Shown here: positions 39,696 through 47,393 of the stretch, piece after piece
Layout: the number at the start of each line of letters is the position of its first letter
How positions within the stretch are numbered: position 1 is the first letter of the stretch
NCBI GenBank assembly: GCA_012798565.1
Contig: JAAZMX010000040.1
Span: forward strand, 1-47,393
Length of the DNA stretch: 47,393 nt
From: Candidatus Kuenenbacteria bacterium
Lineage (GTDB): Bacteria > Patescibacteriota > Patescibacteriia > UBA2196 > GWA2-42-15
Reading direction: 5' to 3'
The notes under the pieces: model-generated
The model's input: the letters and a program-made list of their open reading frames with translations, nothing else
Database searches by the model: none
Told to the model about the DNA's origin: nothing
Translations under genes and position numbers: made by a program

Positions 39696-41368
39696 TTATG
39701 CCGCGTCTCAAACTTGATAACACAACCATCTGTCTTCTGATTTTTATTTTGTTTTTTATTTTGTCTTTTTGGTTTACCAAGGCTCCCGTTGCTCAGCTTG
39801 ATTCTATGGCTCCCCAAGGCGGTGATCCTTTTTTGGTCACCTGGATTTGGTCTTGGGAAATGCATCAGCTTCCCATCAATCCACTGACGGTTTTTGATGC
39901 TAATATCTTCGCGCCCTTTAAAAATACCCTGGCCTTTACCGAACACATGTTTGGTTCATTGCTTTTGGCCTGGCCCCTGCTCTTGATTTTTAAAAACATA
40001 ATTCTTGTTTATAATCTTATCTGTCACCTAACCTTTGCGATCGGTGGTCTTGGTATGTATCTATTGGCATATTATCTAACCAAGAATCGAACCGCCTCAT
40101 TTATCGCCGCCTTTATTTATGCTTTTGCGCCTTACAAAATTAATCACTTAGAACATATCAATCTGAGTGGTCTCTGGTTGCCATATTTTTTACTTTACAC
40201 TCAAAAAATATTTGTGCGTTTCTCTTGGCCCAATGCCCTTCTTTTCTTGGGCTTTAGTCTCCTAGTTTTTCTAAACGCCATGCAGTATTTTCTTTTTTTG
40301 CCCTTTGTTTTTATCTTTTTGGCTATTGCCTACTGGCAGCCTGATAGCTGGGCACTTCTCAAAAGAAATTGGTTTAAGATCGCCGTTATTTTTTTAATAT
40401 TTAGCGCCGTTGTCGTGATCTTTACCAAGCCTTATTTTGAAATAAGACAAGAATTTGGTCTTGAACGCGCTATTAATAATATTGAAGGCCTTTCCCCTGA
40501 TTTAATAGATTATTTTATTAGCCCCTTCTTTTACCACATCTTTTATCCAGCCTTTTTCCCTGAATGGGCAATTGGCCCAGGTATTTTCGTTTGGCTATTA
40601 TTAATAACAAGCCTTGTCTTTCTTTTTCGCCGACACGCCATTGATCGTCGGTTGGTCGCTTATAGTACTTTTGGATTATTAGCCTTACTCTGTTCTCTCG
40701 GTTATTATCTCCAGTTCACTCGCGCAGAAACCAGCGGATTATTTGGTCCCTGGGCTATTTTTTATCATCTTCTGCCCGGCTTTGGTAGCATCAGGGCTGT
40801 TGGTCGCTACAGTATTTTTTTTCTCTTAGCCGCCAGTATTATTATTGCTCTCGGTTTGAAAGAATTTTTTCTTATTAAACAAAAAAATAACCTCCCAAAA
40901 ATATTTATAACCAGCGTCGCTCTTTTTATTTTGTTATTTGTAGAGTTTAGCTTTACCACCCCCAAACCTTATAAGCCGCTTTTGTCTGCTCCCGTTGTTT
41001 GTTTCTGGTTAAAGGATCAACCACTGAGTCAAATTTATTTAGAATTGCCCTCTGGTGTGAGTCTGCTGGAGAACAACTGGGATGCTATTTATGAATATTG
41101 GTCTATTTCTCATTTCCAAAAAATAATCAACGGCTATAGTGGTTATTCTCCGCGCGTTCACCAAGAGCTCAATAAACGTTTACTTGATTTTGATTTAGAT
41201 ATTTCTGATTTACAAGCAGCCAAAGATTACGGGGCCACCCGGCTCATTTTCCATTTTGGCTTTTACCCCCCAGGCTTCAAAGAGAAAATAATCAACCTTT
41301 TAGCATCAGGCGATTTTGCTAATCTAATTTATCAGAGCGAGAACGATTATGTTTATCAGATCAAATAA
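39692..41368 (+). CDS. Large polytopic membrane protein (GT-C-like), translationally coupled to the upstream GT2 gene
   Basis: About 13 TM segments. The N-terminal loop reads GGDPFLVTWIWSWEMHQ...FDANIFAPFKNTLAFTEH, and there is a C-terminal soluble domain. Confidence 0.5.
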   Translation: MIMPRLKLDNTTICLLIFILFFILSFWFTKAPVAQLDSMAPQGGDPFLVTWIWSWEMHQLPINPLTVFDANIFAPFKNTLAFTEHMFGSLLLAWPLLLIFKNIILVYNLICHLTFAIGGLGMYLLAYYLTKNRTASFIAAFIYAFAPYKINHLEHINLSGLWLPYFLLYTQKIFVRFSWPNALLFLGFSLLVFLNAMQYFLFLPFVFIFLAIAYWQPDSWALLKRNWFKIAVIFLIFSAVVVIFTKPYFEIRQEFGLERAINNIEGLSPDLIDYFISPFFYHIFYPAFFPEWAIGPGIFVWLLLITSLVFLFRRHAIDRRLVAYSTFGLLALLCSLGYYLQFTRAETSGLFGPWAIFYHLLPGFGSIRAVGRYSIFFLLAASIIIALGLKEFFLIKQKNNLPKIFITSVALFILLFVEFSFTTPKPYKPLLSAPVVCFWLKDQPLSQIYLELPSGVSLLENNWDAIYEYWSISHFQKIINGYSGYSPRVHQELNKRLLDFDLDISDLQAAKDYGATRLIFHFGFYPPGFKEKIINLLASGDFANLIYQSENDYVYQIK

Positions 41369-41371
41369 TCT

Positions 41372-43033
41372 ATGCTCCGCACTCTTCTAAAATCTATCAC
41401 CCGCCGCGAATGGCTTTTTATTCTGGCTGTTTCTGTTTTTGTTATTTTGCTCACCACGGCGCCCTATGTTTATGGCTGGCTGGTTGCCCCGGCCGATTAT
41501 CACTACACCGGTCTGCACTCGCTCACGCCGGGAGATATTCATGTTTATTATTCTTATCTTGAGCAGGTGCGCCAGGGACACTGGCTTTTTTCTGATCTTT
41601 ACACGACCGAGCCCCAGTCATATCCAATGTTAAATATTTTCTGGTTGTTGCTTGGCTTAATAGCCAAAATTTTTTGTCTCTCCAATATTCTTGCCTTTCA
41701 ACTAGCCAGAATTCTTCTGATTCCAGTTTTAGTTTTTGTTTTATATTTTATTTCTGCTTATTTTTTTCGCACCAAAACCTGGCGGACGATTAGCTTCATT
41801 TTTTTAGTTTTTGCTTCTGGCTGGGGCGCAGTGGCCTCCCCTTTTTTGGAGGGGAATGTTTATCAGAAAGGCTGGTATAATTGGCCCCTAGATCTTTGGG
41901 CGCCAGAAAGTAATACCCTTTTGACCCTGCTCCAATCGCCCCACCTCATTCTCTCCACTATTTTTATAATTATCGCCCTCTTTTTATTCTTCCTGTCTTT
42001 GGAGCATCGACAGCTGAAATATAGCCTGGCTGCCGGTTTGTTTTGTTTAGTCCTCTTTACTTTTCACCCCTTTCATATACCCACATTGCTGGCTATCATG
42101 GCCGGTTATTTGTTTTATCAATTTATCAAAAATAAAAAAATTAGTTTTGCCTATCTAAAACATTTTCTGCTCGTCTGCTTGCTTTCTTCACCCGCCGTCA
42201 TTTATTACTTATGGCTATCCTACTATGATGACTTGACCCGTTTCCGCACCCTGCAAAATATCTGTCTGACCCCCTCTCTTTGGGTCACCCTGATCAGTTT
42301 TGGCCCGCTTTTTTTAGGGGCTATTTACGCTCTTTATAATCTCATCCGCCGCCGCGCCTGGACCAATCAAACAGTCTTTCTCACAATTTGGCTGGTGATC
42401 CAGCTTGCTTTCATCTATTCGCCCCTACCTTGGCAGAGGCGCATGCTCCAGGGTTGGCAGATACCCATGACCCTCTTGGCCGTTAGCGGGCTAAATTATC
42501 TCTATGTCTATTTGCGTCGGGTTTTATCGCCCGCTAATTTTGATTTCTATATCCGCAATAAGTATTTAGCGGTCATTGTCTTTATTACCCTGCTTTGTCC
42601 CTCACAGATTTTCAATTTTGTCCGCGAATTTTCTATCTTTACTGATCCTCAATATATCGAACAACTCTATATTTCTCCTGATCGCTTCGCTGGTTATCAG
42701 TGGCTTAAAGATCATCTCGTTGTCACCGATAAGGTGCTTTGCGACATTCTTAACGGTAACCTTATCCCTGGCCAAACCGGTCAGCGTGTTTTTGTCGGTC
42801 ATGGTGTGGAAACCTTATTTTTTGAAAGCAAATCCGCCTTTACTTTTTGGTTTTTTAAAACCAATGATCATGATGATTTAAAACAGCGATTTCTTCGGGA
42901 GAACCATTTGGACTATTTGTTTTTTAGCGGTACAGAGGACGCCATTGGTGATTTTATCCCAGCTGATAAAAATTATCTCCGTTCAGTCTTTCGCTCTGGC
43001 CAAACTGTGATTTATCAGGTAGATTTACCTTAG
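41372..43033 (+). CDS. Large polytopic membrane protein (GT-C-like)
   Basis: About 13 TM segments, an early loop TPGDIHVYYSYLEQVRQG...YTTEP, and a C-terminal soluble domain. Confidence 0.5.
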   Translation: MLRTLLKSITRREWLFILAVSVFVILLTTAPYVYGWLVAPADYHYTGLHSLTPGDIHVYYSYLEQVRQGHWLFSDLYTTEPQSYPMLNIFWLLLGLIAKIFCLSNILAFQLARILLIPVLVFVLYFISAYFFRTKTWRTISFIFLVFASGWGAVASPFLEGNVYQKGWYNWPLDLWAPESNTLLTLLQSPHLILSTIFIIIALFLFFLSLEHRQLKYSLAAGLFCLVLFTFHPFHIPTLLAIMAGYLFYQFIKNKKISFAYLKHFLLVCLLSSPAVIYYLWLSYYDDLTRFRTLQNICLTPSLWVTLISFGPLFLGAIYALYNLIRRRAWTNQTVFLTIWLVIQLAFIYSPLPWQRRMLQGWQIPMTLLAVSGLNYLYVYLRRVLSPANFDFYIRNKYLAVIVFITLLCPSQIFNFVREFSIFTDPQYIEQLYISPDRFAGYQWLKDHLVVTDKVLCDILNGNLIPGQTGQRVFVGHGVETLFFESKSAFTFWFFKTNDHDDLKQRFLRENHLDYLFFSGTEDAIGDFIPADKNYLRSVFRSGQTVIYQVDLP

Positions 43034-43038
43034 AACTT

Positions 43039-43737
43039 ATGCAAGCCGTCGTAATCATTCCCACCTACAATGAAAAGGATAACTTGGCCCAACTGGTCAA
43101 AGCTATTTTTAATTTATCTATTCCCGGTTTATCTGTCTTGATTGTTGATGATAATTCTCCTGACGGTACCGGACAACTAGCCGAAGAACTCGCCGATCAT
43201 TACCCACTTCGGGTTATTCATCGCTCGGGCAAACTCGGACTAGGTTCTGCCTATCGCGAAGGCTTTCGTCATTGTCTCGACCAGGGCGCCGAGTATCTGA
43301 TCGAAATGGACGCTGATTTTTCCCATGACCCCAAAGATCTCCCGCGCTTGCTTGCCGCCGCGACCGGCGCTGATTTGGTTATCGGCTCGCGCAAGGTGCC
43401 CGGCGGGCAGATTATCGGCTGGAATTGGCGCCGCAAATTATATTCCCATGGTGCGATGTTTTTTGCCTGCTTGCTTCTTGGGCTAAAAACCAGAGATATT
43501 ACCGCCGGTTTTCGCTGTTTTCGCGCCTCTGCCCTGCGCGCGATTGATTATACTGGCATAAAGAGTAATGGCTACGCTTTTCAGATTGAAATGGTTTATC
43601 GCCTGGAAAAAGCAGGTCTGAAAATTAATGAATTACCAGTCACTTTTCTGGACCGCCAGCGAGGGTCGTCAAAGCTGGGCACTAAAGATATTCTGGAATT
43701 TTTTAAATTAGTTTTAAAATTAAAATTTTTCCGATGA
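43039..43737 (+). CDS. Polyprenol-monophosphomannose synthase (Ppm1/DPM1-like GT2)
   Basis: VIIPTYNEKDNL, VDDNSPDGT, GKLGLGSAYREGF and EMDADFSHDP motifs. Confidence 0.9.
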   Translation: MQAVVIIPTYNEKDNLAQLVKAIFNLSIPGLSVLIVDDNSPDGTGQLAEELADHYPLRVIHRSGKLGLGSAYREGFRHCLDQGAEYLIEMDADFSHDPKDLPRLLAAATGADLVIGSRKVPGGQIIGWNWRRKLYSHGAMFFACLLLGLKTRDITAGFRCFRASALRAIDYTGIKSNGYAFQIEMVYRLEKAGLKINELPVTFLDRQRGSSKLGTKDILEFFKLVLKLKFFR

Positions 43738-45263
43738 AAAAATCCTCAGTCATTCTTTATTTAGTCCTGATTATTCTAGCCGGCCTCGCTCTGCGGCTGG
43801 TGGCCGTTTTCCATTCGCAAAGTTTTTGGTTTGACGAGATCGTCAGTCTGAAAATTGCCGAAAAGGGCTTGGTCGCCAGCTGGCAATATCTTCAGTGGGA
43901 AAACAATCCGCCGCTCCACTACTGGCTTTTGCATTTCTGGATAAAATTATTTGGTTCCAGTGAATTGGTACTGCGCCTCTCCTCGGTCCTATTCTCCACG
44001 TTAAATATTTTTTTACTTTATCTTTTAGGCAAGAAAATTTCCGGCCGGCCCGCCGTCGGACTCTTCGCCGCCTTGCTCTCGGCTTTTTCCTGCTACCACC
44101 TGTTTACCTCCATGGACGCGCGCATGTATCCGCTTTTGTTATCTTTCGGTTTATTGTCTTTTTATTTTTTCTGGGACTATCTTGAGACCGGTTCGCGCCG
44201 CCAGCTTTTTTTCTACGCCCTATTTGCCGTCGCGGCTCTCTACACCCACCTGACCGCTGTTTTTATTTTTGCCGCCGTCAATCTTTATTGGCTATTTCGG
44301 CGTTTTCTCTGGCGCCAGAAAACCCCGCCGCTTGCCAGCTGGCTTCTGGCCAATCTGTTAGTTATTTTAGCCTGGTTGCCCTGGTTTATCAGTTTCGCTG
44401 TTCACAATCTCTCTCGCCTGTCCACCAGTGCCTGGTATTTCCATACCAACGGCAGCGGTTTTTTTCTGTTTGAATTGCCGCGTTCTTTTTTCTTTTTGGG
44501 TGATGAAATCCCCCTTATAGAACTTTTTGCTCTAATCTTTTTGGGTTTATTATTTTTGTTAGCCTTCTTGCGCCTGAGGGAATTTTCTCTTTTCCGTCAG
44601 GAAATTAAAATAAAATTAGACCCGGCTCCGGGTGCTGTTTTCGCCCTCTTTATATTTATTGTGCCGCTCATGATCGGTTTTTGCTTTCAAGTTTGGGTTT
44701 CCAAATATTATATTCTCGGTAGCGCCGGTCTTTTTCTTATTTTGGCCCTTGGCTTTGACCGCCTGCATCTTCAGAATTTTTATCTGAAGATATCCTTGGC
44801 TGTCCTAATGGTTTTGTTTGCCCCCTATAATTTTTGGATTATCAAAAACCAAGGCCAGCATCAGTGGACCCAGGCCACTGCCTATGTCGAGCAAAATCTG
44901 ACCGCGGGCGATACAATCTTTTTCCCTGCTTTTATTTATGAACTGGTCTTGAATCATTATGCTACCAAGCCCTTGCCACTCAACCACAACCTGACCGCCG
45001 ATCTGGGCACCGACCGCCTGCTTTTGGCTATTAAATATAACTGGTATCCGCTCTTGGACGTCAAGACCTTACCTGACTTTCAGCAATTTTTTCATAATGC
45101 CAAACGTGTTTTTCTGATTTATCCAGACACTTCAGCTCCGGTTCATCGTTCTGAATTGGTGCTTGATTGGTTTTATAATCACGCCTGGACCAAAGTGAGC
45201 GAAAAACATTTTGGCGGCTTTGAGAGAACCACTATTTATATTTTCAAAAATCCGGCCCTCTAA
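43734..45263 (+). CDS. GT39/ArnT/PMT-like glycosyltransferase (PMT_2 type)
   Basis: FWFDEIVSL (DE motif), NNPPLHYWLLHFW..., and about 11 TM segments. Its start overlaps the Ppm1-like stop (ATGA). Confidence 0.85.
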   Translation: MKKSSVILYLVLIILAGLALRLVAVFHSQSFWFDEIVSLKIAEKGLVASWQYLQWENNPPLHYWLLHFWIKLFGSSELVLRLSSVLFSTLNIFLLYLLGKKISGRPAVGLFAALLSAFSCYHLFTSMDARMYPLLLSFGLLSFYFFWDYLETGSRRQLFFYALFAVAALYTHLTAVFIFAAVNLYWLFRRFLWRQKTPPLASWLLANLLVILAWLPWFISFAVHNLSRLSTSAWYFHTNGSGFFLFELPRSFFFLGDEIPLIELFALIFLGLLFLLAFLRLREFSLFRQEIKIKLDPAPGAVFALFIFIVPLMIGFCFQVWVSKYYILGSAGLFLILALGFDRLHLQNFYLKISLAVLMVLFAPYNFWIIKNQGQHQWTQATAYVEQNLTAGDTIFFPAFIYELVLNHYATKPLPLNHNLTADLGTDRLLLAIKYNWYPLLDVKTLPDFQQFFHNAKRVFLIYPDTSAPVHRSELVLDWFYNHAWTKVSEKHFGGFERTTIYIFKNPAL

Positions 45264-45295
45264 GCCGGATTTAAATTGCCAAATTAGTTCTCTCT

Positions 45296-46774
45296 TTAGA
45301 TTTTCCCCCACAAACTGATTGTGCCCGTCTCCTCTATTTTTTTGTAAGAGGACAAAAGTGTTTCCAATCTCTCGTATCCTCGATCATAATATTTTCCCGC
45401 CCAAGCAGAAGTTTTTAAAATATCGTCATAGTATTGATAATCTTTCTCGTCGATGATCACATACTTCGTTTCGTTTTTCGCTCCGTATTCAGCTTGAGCG
45501 AATTGTTGCACCCCCAAGAAATAGTAATGTAGAGCATAAATTTCCCCTCGGCTGGATAGATTTGGCAATAATCTAAAGCTAGCCACTACCCCAGCCCCCG
45601 GCTCTATTTTTTGAATCATTGTTCGCTTCGCCGCCTCCTGGCCGGTGATTTTATTTTTCATTCCCCAAGGTCCAAAGCTCGGCCACAAAGCCAGATTAAA
45701 AATTATGATAATTAAAAATAAAAGTTTGCCGTCCCGGAAATATCGTGTCGCCCACTGATTGGCCCCCTGAAAACCATAAACAAAAGCGAGCACTAGCCCC
45801 GGCAAAAAAAGCGCCGCGTAATGCAATTGCCAAACCAAAGCTCCGCCCCCAGCCGCGGAAAAAATGATTTGTGCCAACGGTATAACAGTTAAAATCAACC
45901 ATTTGGGTTTAAGCGCCGGCAAAAAGAAAAACGGCGCCAGAAAACCGAGTACCATCTCCAGATTTGTCAGAGTGACAAGATGTGCCAATATTTGTCCGAC
46001 ACTAGCCTTAGTTAACCAGCCATAGTAATAAGCAAAAGGCGAAAAATTACTGGGCGAAAAGTGGCTGATAATTTGAAAGGAAACCACCAAATACACAATC
46101 GTCACCAGCAATCCCCAGCTCGCAACTTGTAAAAGCTTTTTATTTTTATTTTTTAAAGCATCAGCGAGGATGATTGTTAGAAAAGTTAATATAATAAAAG
46201 CCACGTCTTCGCGAACGATTAAACATAAAAATACAAGAATATAAAAAGATAAAAATAATTTTTTTGCAGGCTGATCTTTGAGTTTTAAATAATTATAAAA
46301 TAACGAGAAAAATAACAGCGGCAAAAAAGCAATGGCGTGAAATTCATAAAGGTTGATATTGTGTACCAGGGGATTAACGAGCCACAAAAGAGCTAAACCA
46401 AGAGTCAACAAATTTTTACCAAGAATTTTTTGGTTTATTTTGTAAATCGGCCAGGCCGCCAGCCCCAAAGCCAGCGTTTGTAAAATTAAAAGCAGTATCG
46501 GTGATTGCCAAAGATAATAAATCGGCAGGAGTAAAATTAATATTGGTTCAAAATGATCCCCCCAATAATTATGTCCTTGGATTGAGGACCAAAACCAGTT
46601 GCCGTGCGCCGTATTCCAGAGTGCATTATTATAAATCGCCAAATCCAGTCCGTCATACAGAAAATTATGGTATTTCCAAACACACGCTCCAGTCATAACC
46701 AAAACATACAGGCCGATCATCCCAGCCAGCACTTTACCGCTATTTTTTGTGAGCCAAATTTGTAATTTATTCAT
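45296..46774 (-). CDS. DUF2079-family polytopic membrane protein (putative GT-C glycosyltransferase)
   Basis: GLDLAIYNNALWNTAHGNWFWSSIQGHNYWGDHFEPILILLLP is the N-terminal signature as I recall it for DUF2079. TATAAT lies 6 nt upstream of the ATG. Confidence 0.7.
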   Translation of the reverse strand: MNKLQIWLTKNSGKVLAGMIGLYVLVMTGACVWKYHNFLYDGLDLAIYNNALWNTAHGNWFWSSIQGHNYWGDHFEPILILLLPIYYLWQSPILLLILQTLALGLAAWPIYKINQKILGKNLLTLGLALLWLVNPLVHNINLYEFHAIAFLPLLFFSLFYNYLKLKDQPAKKLFLSFYILVFLCLIVREDVAFIILTFLTIILADALKNKNKKLLQVASWGLLVTIVYLVVSFQIISHFSPSNFSPFAYYYGWLTKASVGQILAHLVTLTNLEMVLGFLAPFFFLPALKPKWLILTVIPLAQIIFSAAGGGALVWQLHYAALFLPGLVLAFVYGFQGANQWATRYFRDGKLLFLIIIIFNLALWPSFGPWGMKNKITGQEAAKRTMIQKIEPGAGVVASFRLLPNLSSRGEIYALHYYFLGVQQFAQAEYGAKNETKYVIIDEKDYQYYDDILKTSAWAGKYYDRGYERLETLLSSYKKIEETGTISLWGKI

Positions 46775-46804
46775 AACATCATTATAGCCGTCAGCTAGTT
46801 TCTT

Positions 46805-46848
46805 GGCAAAAGAAAAGGGCAGACCGACAATCAGTCGAGCCGCCCTTT
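46805..46848 (-). terminator. Hairpin plus T-run after the zinc-ribbon ORF
   Basis: On the minus strand: AAAGGGCGGCTCGAC-TGATT-GTCGGTCTGCCCTTT followed by TCTTTTGCC. The stem contains an internal loop. Confidence 0.45.
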
Positions 46849-46863
46849 AATCGCAGTGCGGGG

Positions 46864-47181
46864 TTAGCGCTTGGTCATGGCCATCTGGCTACACGAACTG
46901 CAGGTTTTTAAACCCACACCCCAGGCATGGTTCCAAGCATAACACTTGGTACAACGCCAGTAGTCATTAGCGTCAATTTTGACTTGGGGTATCATTGGTT
47001 TCTCCGGTTTCCGTGCCGGCAAGGCCCCCAAATTCTTTCGCGTCTGCCGATTCTCCATATCCAGCCGATATCGGCGTGCCGCTGCGGCTGCAATGACGAT
47101 TCCAGGTTTGCCGTTGACAAGAACCCGAAACCGATGGCCGGATATCGGCCGAAACGTGACTGCTCTTTTTGTCTTTTTCAT
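46864..47181 (-). CDS. Small basic protein with a C-terminal CxxC...CxxC zinc-ribbon-like motif
   Basis: WRCTKCYAWNH...KTCSSCSQ. SD AAGGAG lies 6 nt before the ATG. The segment is locally GC-rich and sits directly downstream of the IS transposase. Confidence 0.55.
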   Translation of the reverse strand: MKKTKRAVTFRPISGHRFRVLVNGKPGIVIAAAAARRYRLDMENRQTRKNLGALPARKPEKPMIPQVKIDANDYWRCTKCYAWNHAWGVGLKTCSSCSQMAMTKR

Positions 47182-47245
47182 GGAGTGCTCCTTTTTGAGT
47201 CTGGGTTTCTGTTTGTTTCTAAATTACATCACCTATTTCCAAAAA

Positions 47246-47393
47246 TCAAGCCCATGTACTAGACGGGTACATAGGTAACACATGGTGATATCTAAAGCTA
47301 AAGTTAATCGGTGGCAGATAATCTAAAGTTTGGTGTGGTCGTTCAAAATTGTAATGAATTAACCATTCTGTTAATTTTTGGTTAAATAGATTA
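47246..47393 (-). mobile_element. 3' end (48 codons plus stop) of an rve/integrase-core DDE transposase gene, truncated by the window edge
   Basis: My own translation of the minus strand gives NLFNQKLTEWLIHYNFERPHQTLDYLPPINFSFRYHHVLPMYPSSTWA*. YNxxRPHxxL..xxP is the conserved C-terminal signature of rve-domain transposases. This ORF is not in the supplied track because it has no start within the window. Confidence 0.7.

Noticed and set aside
1-47393. The whole window as a composite transposon bounded by inverted IS copies
   Set aside because: The interior is dominated by essential single-copy housekeeping genes (trmD, der, pth, hisS, murD, lepB) and the left copy is decayed. Dispersed IS copies causing contig breaks is the simpler explanation.

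Overview
This is a 47.4-kb AT-rich, tightly packed bacterial window. Its gene content looks like a small-genome, monoderm CPR/Patescibacteria-type organism; that placement is inferred, because no rRNA is present.

Most of the window is housekeeping:
- Translation and RNA: a KH-domain protein, trmD, pth, der, hisS, an mtaB-like gene, rlmE, queH, tRNA-Val and tRNA-Cys.
- Envelope: murD, an LCP-family protein, a FemAB-family protein, lepB and CapA.
- Other: ndk and a P-type ATPase.

From about 25 to 47 kb there is a large sugar-activation and glycosylation block. It holds two phosphohexomutases, an IMPase-family protein, a PfkB kinase, an NDP-sugar nucleotidyltransferase and a PGI/PMI isomerase. 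It also holds two GT2 polyprenyl-phosphate-sugar synthases and five large polytopic GT-C/GT39/DUF2079-type membrane proteins.

The accessory or unusual content is as follows:
1. A REP/RAYT unit whose hairpins also occur inside the RAYT ORF and at dispersed sites.
2. A family of long AT-rich hairpins built from heptamers. One brackets a four-helix-bundle (23S-IVS-protein family) ORF, and one lies in-frame inside the FemAB gene.
3. Several locally GC-richer islets. Their genes are the only ones with canonical Shine-Dalgarno sites, and they encode secreted, lipoprotein or outer-membrane-barrel-like proteins.
4. A small GIY-YIG gene embedded among tRNA-derived fragments.
5. Two GC-rich, multi-helix intergenic elements that are candidate ncRNAs.
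6. An HtrA-like PDZ protein with all three catalytic residues substituted.
7. A murD-linked PP-loop protein that may be a MurL-like epimerase.
8. Inverted IS-transposase 3' ends at both window edges.

I found no CRISPR array, rRNA, recognisable defence system or prophage. All calls come from reading the sequence and ORF translations; no searches were run.
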